From: Candidatus Heimdallarchaeota archaeon
GTDB taxonomy: Archaea; Asgardarchaeota; Heimdallarchaeia; Heimdallarchaeales; Kariarchaeaceae
NCBI GenBank assembly: GCA_015523565.1
Contig: WAKA01000001.1
Span: forward strand, 1-18,853
Reading direction: 5' to 3'
Length of the DNA stretch: 18,853 bases
The notes below the pieces were generated by a model. That model was not told the DNA's origin. It did not search any database and was given only the letters and a program-made list of their open reading frames with translations. Position 1 is the stretch's first letter. Every line of letters starts with the position of its first letter. Positions 15,144 through 18,853 of the stretch are shown piece by piece. Position numbers and translations under genes: made by a program.

Positions 15144-15782
15144 TTAGTTTGAATTGCAATGTTTGTCACAATTGGATAGCACTAGTTTGGGTTTTATTTC
15201 TTCCAAATATTTTATCAACATCTTGGTTCTTTGCAACAAAGACCTAATCCCCAACAATTCAAGTTTAAATCCAATATCAATTTCAAGGTAGGAACATACC
15301 TGACTTGTTAACTCGTTGATTGGCAAGATAGACAAATCTCTTTCAGTGCATGATTTGAAGAAAATTTTGTCTTTGTTCATTTCAAGTGTCCTGAGTATCT
15401 TTTTTCTGTATTTCTCTTGTTTTTCAAAGGGAATGTCATCGATTTCTTCAATAACTTCATAATTTGCATAATCGATTGAGTTGATACGCTTATTAAGGGA
15501 AATTTCTGCAGGAGTAATTCCTAAGACAATTCCTACAAAGTAATCCTCTTTTTTTTGGAAATCCAATAGTTTACAGATGGTTCCTAGTACTTTACCATTA
15601 TTCATGAGTGTTTTTTCTTCTGATTTTTGTATGGTTGCAAAAAGTCTTTTGTTTTGTGGAAATTCTGAAAGTATTTTTCCAACCCTTTTATACTTGGGAC
15701 TGATGAAATAAATTTTCATGTAACTTCTGGGAAAAATTACAGACCCTTTAATTGAAACAATTGGAATTTCCACAAAAGACAT
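15144..15782 (-). CDS. Stand-alone Lon protease N-terminal (substrate-binding) domain protein
   Basis: 'IPIVSIKGSVIFPRSYMKIYFISPKY', 'LGTICKL' and 'KLELLGIRSLLQRTKML' match the Lon-N pattern. No AAA+ or protease domain follows. Confidence 0.8.
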   Translation of the reverse strand: MSFVEIPIVSIKGSVIFPRSYMKIYFISPKYKRVGKILSEFPQNKRLFATIQKSEEKTLMNNGKVLGTICKLLDFQKKEDYFVGIVLGITPAEISLNKRINSIDYANYEVIEEIDDIPFEKQEKYRKKILRTLEMNKDKIFFKSCTERDLSILPINELTSQVCSYLEIDIGFKLELLGIRSLLQRTKMLIKYLEEIKPKLVLSNCDKHCNSN

Positions 15783-15821
15783 ACGACTGTTTCAAATAAA
15801 ACACTTTAGCTATGCCTGAAT

Positions 15822-18818
15822 TTAATTTTCCAAAATTATCTTTTCAATCATTTGCAGTATTTCCATGAATTTTTTGGCAGATTCTTGGTTTATAAGCTCA
15901 ATCATGGAAGTGATCCCTTCTACAACTCTTGAAAAATGAATTTTTGTTTTCTCATAAGAGATGAACCTGATCGCATCTGATAAGGTAATCAGATCAGGAA
16001 TTCTTGTATCTTTTTCTGCAAAATAAGGCAACTGATACTTTATAACCCATTTTGATGTCTGCCTTTCGAAATAGACATCTGGTAAGTTTAAGGCATTGAT
16101 CAAGATTTCTGCTTCGTCCACATCTTCAACTTTCACCTCTCCAAGCTGAAGGAAAATGTTCTTGTCGGAAACAAAAACAGGGGCATCATTGTTCAAATAT
16201 AAATCTTCAACAATCCTGATCAATTTGCCTATTTTATTGTAGAATACTTTGAGAATCCTTGATGAATTTTCTGCAAGGATACCTTCAAATTCTCTTTTTG
16301 AGTTGGCTTGTTTCAAAGCCTTATCTACACCTTTGCTTTTTCTGTTTGTAATAATTTGATTATAGACCTCTTCAAGAAAAATATGCGCAAGTTCTTCAAA
16401 GAGATTCAGGGAAATACCCAATTTTACTTCTTCTATTTCAAGATCCAAAAATCCTTGGGTTTTATTGAAATAATTGCTGATGTTCTGTTTTAACACAGCT
16501 TTTTCAGGAAGTGATCCTAAAGCACCTGAAAAATTCAGGATTGATTCAGCAGAAGTCTTTGGAATGTTTCGGATTTGTTTTTGGCTTGATTTAAGAATAT
16601 CATCAATGAATTTCCTTGTCGCTGAGAATTGTTTCAGAACTTCTTTTTCGAATGACTTCAGGTTTTTTAGGACATTTTTCCTTAAGGATTTCCAAGATTT
16701 CCTGACAGAGGAATTGTATGATTGAGATTGATTTTCAATTGATCGCCAGACAACCATGAAATCATTGGAAATAGTTTTCATTTGTTTTGGGAATTGAATG
16801 TATACCTCTTTGATAACAAAAGGCAGATTATCCAGAACAATATTTATTTCAGAAAAAAAGTCAAATTGGAGTTGCATGAATTTTCTTTGGTCTGCTATTT
16901 GATTTTTGAGAAACAATTTGTCTGCGATCTCTATTTCTTTCCTGAAATTTTCAATCCAATCCAAAATTATATCTATGACTTGGTTTTTTATTTTTCTTAT
17001 TGCGCTATTCAAAGTTACCTCATAGAGAAAATCAGAATTTTGAAGCAAGCTTAACATCAAGGTTGGTTCCAATGATTCCCAAACATTTGTATAAACTTTT
17101 GATTCATAAGAAATGGAATAACTAAAGCTTGTAAAGAACTTGCTTAAGGTGATTTCATCCCCGTTAATTACTATGTTTCCTGATTTTAAAAGACTGATTG
17201 GTTTTTCATCATGAAAAACTGTAATTAAACCCTTTTGAAATGCAACTTGGATGAAATCCTTTGGAAGAGGAACAAAAAATCCAATTCCCAAAGGATTTGA
17301 CTGGAGGGTCTTAATCAAATCTGTAATGACTGAGGAAATCTTGACAATTGGTCCTATTGTCAGATAAAGGTCTGCCATTGTTTCAATAAAATAACCATAT
17401 TCGCCATCAATAGACTTGACAAACTGATCCTGCAAAATGAACATGAAAGTTTCCAAGGAAGCTTTAATTGACGCGTCCAAAACTACCGTGGATTCAATCA
17501 AAGATTGAAATCTAATATTCTGAGCCTTAATGGCATTGACTCTTTTCTCCAATTCCTTTTTCCATCTTCCGTCAATTGAAAAATCTTCCAAAAGCATCAT
17601 GGTTTGTTTTAATGTCCCAATATCTGTAAAAGCAGTAGAGAATGTTGTAAAGAAATCGTAAGTGGTTTGGGTTGCTTCCATCCCTTGAATTCCTTTCATG
17701 AATGTGGAAAAAAAAACTTCAATATAGCGGTATTCCCTGTTATCCACAAATTTCCTAAGAGATTTGAGATAATAGCCACCTACATCTATTATTTTGACTT
17801 CTGGCAACGATTCCTTAAATTTTCTGAAAATTCGGGTTTTGGACAATGGAACAAGCAATATCAATGGTTTTTCCTTTGCAATGCTCAGCAAGGCCCTTCG
17901 CACATAAAGGTCATACAACAAAAATTCCACATTATGCAAATCTTTCAATTGAGCTTTTGCAATGGACTGACCATATCCTTTTTTCACTTCCTTTGGCAAT
18001 TGCATAATAACTTGTTCGCTTGGATTTGGAAGGTAATTAATGATCAAATCACTAAGAATATTGTTAAGCTTCTTGAAAATGTCTTGCTTGTGATCTGTGT
18101 ATACCAATTTCATTGGATTCTGACCAACTACCCTCAACAATAATTCAACAACAAGTGAATTGATTATTTGATTTTGAACTTGGTAAGTAAGATGTCCATT
18201 CTTCCAATAATCACTTTTTATTTTCCATCCCTTTGTTTCAAATTGGGATTCAATGAAATCCATGACATTTTTGCGTTCAGTCAAAAATTTTTCCGAAAAA
18301 CTCTTGAATTCATTAATCAAGGAATTGTCCGATTTTGTAATATCCAGATTAAATCTAGTGATTATCGCCGCTTTCACGAATGCCTTCAGCAAAGTGCCAT
18401 GATCTAGTTGCATGCCACTTTCTGCAATAGCTGAAAGATTATCTATATGCAACAATTCTCTTCCGAAATTCCATGTCAATTCAACTGCTGTTTCAACAAT
18501 GTTTTTGTTGACATGTCCACTGTCTTTTGAAACTATGAACATTGAATAAATATTGACAGAAGGGGATTCAATTCTTGCCACACCAAATGCAGAATGTTCT
18601 GTCGCCCCCTCTAAAAATCGTGTATCCTTATTTGCAGTTTCTGAACTAACCAAATTTTTCAATGAAAGCAATAAGCCGCCCACTAAAGAGGTATCTGCTT
18701 CACCAGCCAACTGTCCCAGTGAACCCAATGTTATTCCTGCATCTGTTTGTATGCTAAACCAGGCAAATTCCTCAGGCACTAAACTAAAAGTCAATTCTCT
18801 GTTAAAAAGGTAATCCAT
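15822..18818 (-). CDS. Large (998 aa) mostly helical hypothetical protein with an N-terminal longin-like domain
   Basis: Long uninterrupted ORF. The N-terminal 'WFSIQTDAGITLGS...DTSLVGGLLLSLKNLVSSE' resembles longin beta1-beta2-alpha1. No P-loop or clear TM was seen. Confidence 0.7.
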   Translation of the reverse strand: MDYLFNRELTFSLVPEEFAWFSIQTDAGITLGSLGQLAGEADTSLVGGLLLSLKNLVSSETANKDTRFLEGATEHSAFGVARIESPSVNIYSMFIVSKDSGHVNKNIVETAVELTWNFGRELLHIDNLSAIAESGMQLDHGTLLKAFVKAAIITRFNLDITKSDNSLINEFKSFSEKFLTERKNVMDFIESQFETKGWKIKSDYWKNGHLTYQVQNQIINSLVVELLLRVVGQNPMKLVYTDHKQDIFKKLNNILSDLIINYLPNPSEQVIMQLPKEVKKGYGQSIAKAQLKDLHNVEFLLYDLYVRRALLSIAKEKPLILLVPLSKTRIFRKFKESLPEVKIIDVGGYYLKSLRKFVDNREYRYIEVFFSTFMKGIQGMEATQTTYDFFTTFSTAFTDIGTLKQTMMLLEDFSIDGRWKKELEKRVNAIKAQNIRFQSLIESTVVLDASIKASLETFMFILQDQFVKSIDGEYGYFIETMADLYLTIGPIVKISSVITDLIKTLQSNPLGIGFFVPLPKDFIQVAFQKGLITVFHDEKPISLLKSGNIVINGDEITLSKFFTSFSYSISYESKVYTNVWESLEPTLMLSLLQNSDFLYEVTLNSAIRKIKNQVIDIILDWIENFRKEIEIADKLFLKNQIADQRKFMQLQFDFFSEINIVLDNLPFVIKEVYIQFPKQMKTISNDFMVVWRSIENQSQSYNSSVRKSWKSLRKNVLKNLKSFEKEVLKQFSATRKFIDDILKSSQKQIRNIPKTSAESILNFSGALGSLPEKAVLKQNISNYFNKTQGFLDLEIEEVKLGISLNLFEELAHIFLEEVYNQIITNRKSKGVDKALKQANSKREFEGILAENSSRILKVFYNKIGKLIRIVEDLYLNNDAPVFVSDKNIFLQLGEVKVEDVDEAEILINALNLPDVYFERQTSKWVIKYQLPYFAEKDTRIPDLITLSDAIRFISYEKTKIHFSRVVEGITSMIELINQESAKKFMEILQMIEKIILEN

Positions 18819-18853
18819 TATAGCTCAAACTATATCCTGCTTAACGATAAAAT

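Noticed and set aside
15114-15152. 12-aa plus-strand mini-ORF (MAVMSNSIKKLV) after an AGGAGA SD-like element
   Set aside because: Too short and unsupported; likely chance.
3739-15782. TPR, RING and Lon-N genes as a split version of eukaryotic LONRF
   Set aside because: The genes are kilobases apart, on different strands and in different transcription units. Co-occurrence alone is insufficient.
16308-18813. Several plus-strand ORFs inside the 998-aa gene, and similar antisense ORFs inside the TPR, MinD, longin, nuclease and CofD-like genes
   Set aside because: Each is fully overlapped by a longer, better-supported gene on the opposite strand.

Overview
AT-rich, gene-dense window, most likely from an Asgard archaeon (Heimdallarchaeia-like). 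This assignment is inferred from protein families and from TATA/BRE-like boxes 27-29 nt upstream of apparently leaderless starts. About 16 well-supported CDSs are present. No rRNA, tRNA, CRISPR array or transposase was recognised. Recognisable genes encode a partial FtsX-like permease, an MFS-type membrane protein, a TPR protein, a CMD/AhpD-like protein, a MinD/ParA ATPase, a RING-finger protein, a DinB protein, a PD-(D/E)xK nuclease, cytidine deaminase and a stand-alone Lon N-domain protein. The best candidate for an undescribed system is an operon at 5946-8672 (possibly extending to the RING gene). It contains an Arg-variant MinD/ParA ATPase, a longin-winged-helix protein starting 2 nt after it, and a CorA/RMD1-like 2-TM protein lacking GMN, with interlocked palindromes upstream. 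Other notable items are three different longin-like fusions (including an MFS-longin candidate transceptor), a degenerate CofD/YvcK-helical-PCI fusion, and a nested inverted-repeat element near 15000-15094. All family calls were made by eye from motifs; no searches were run.
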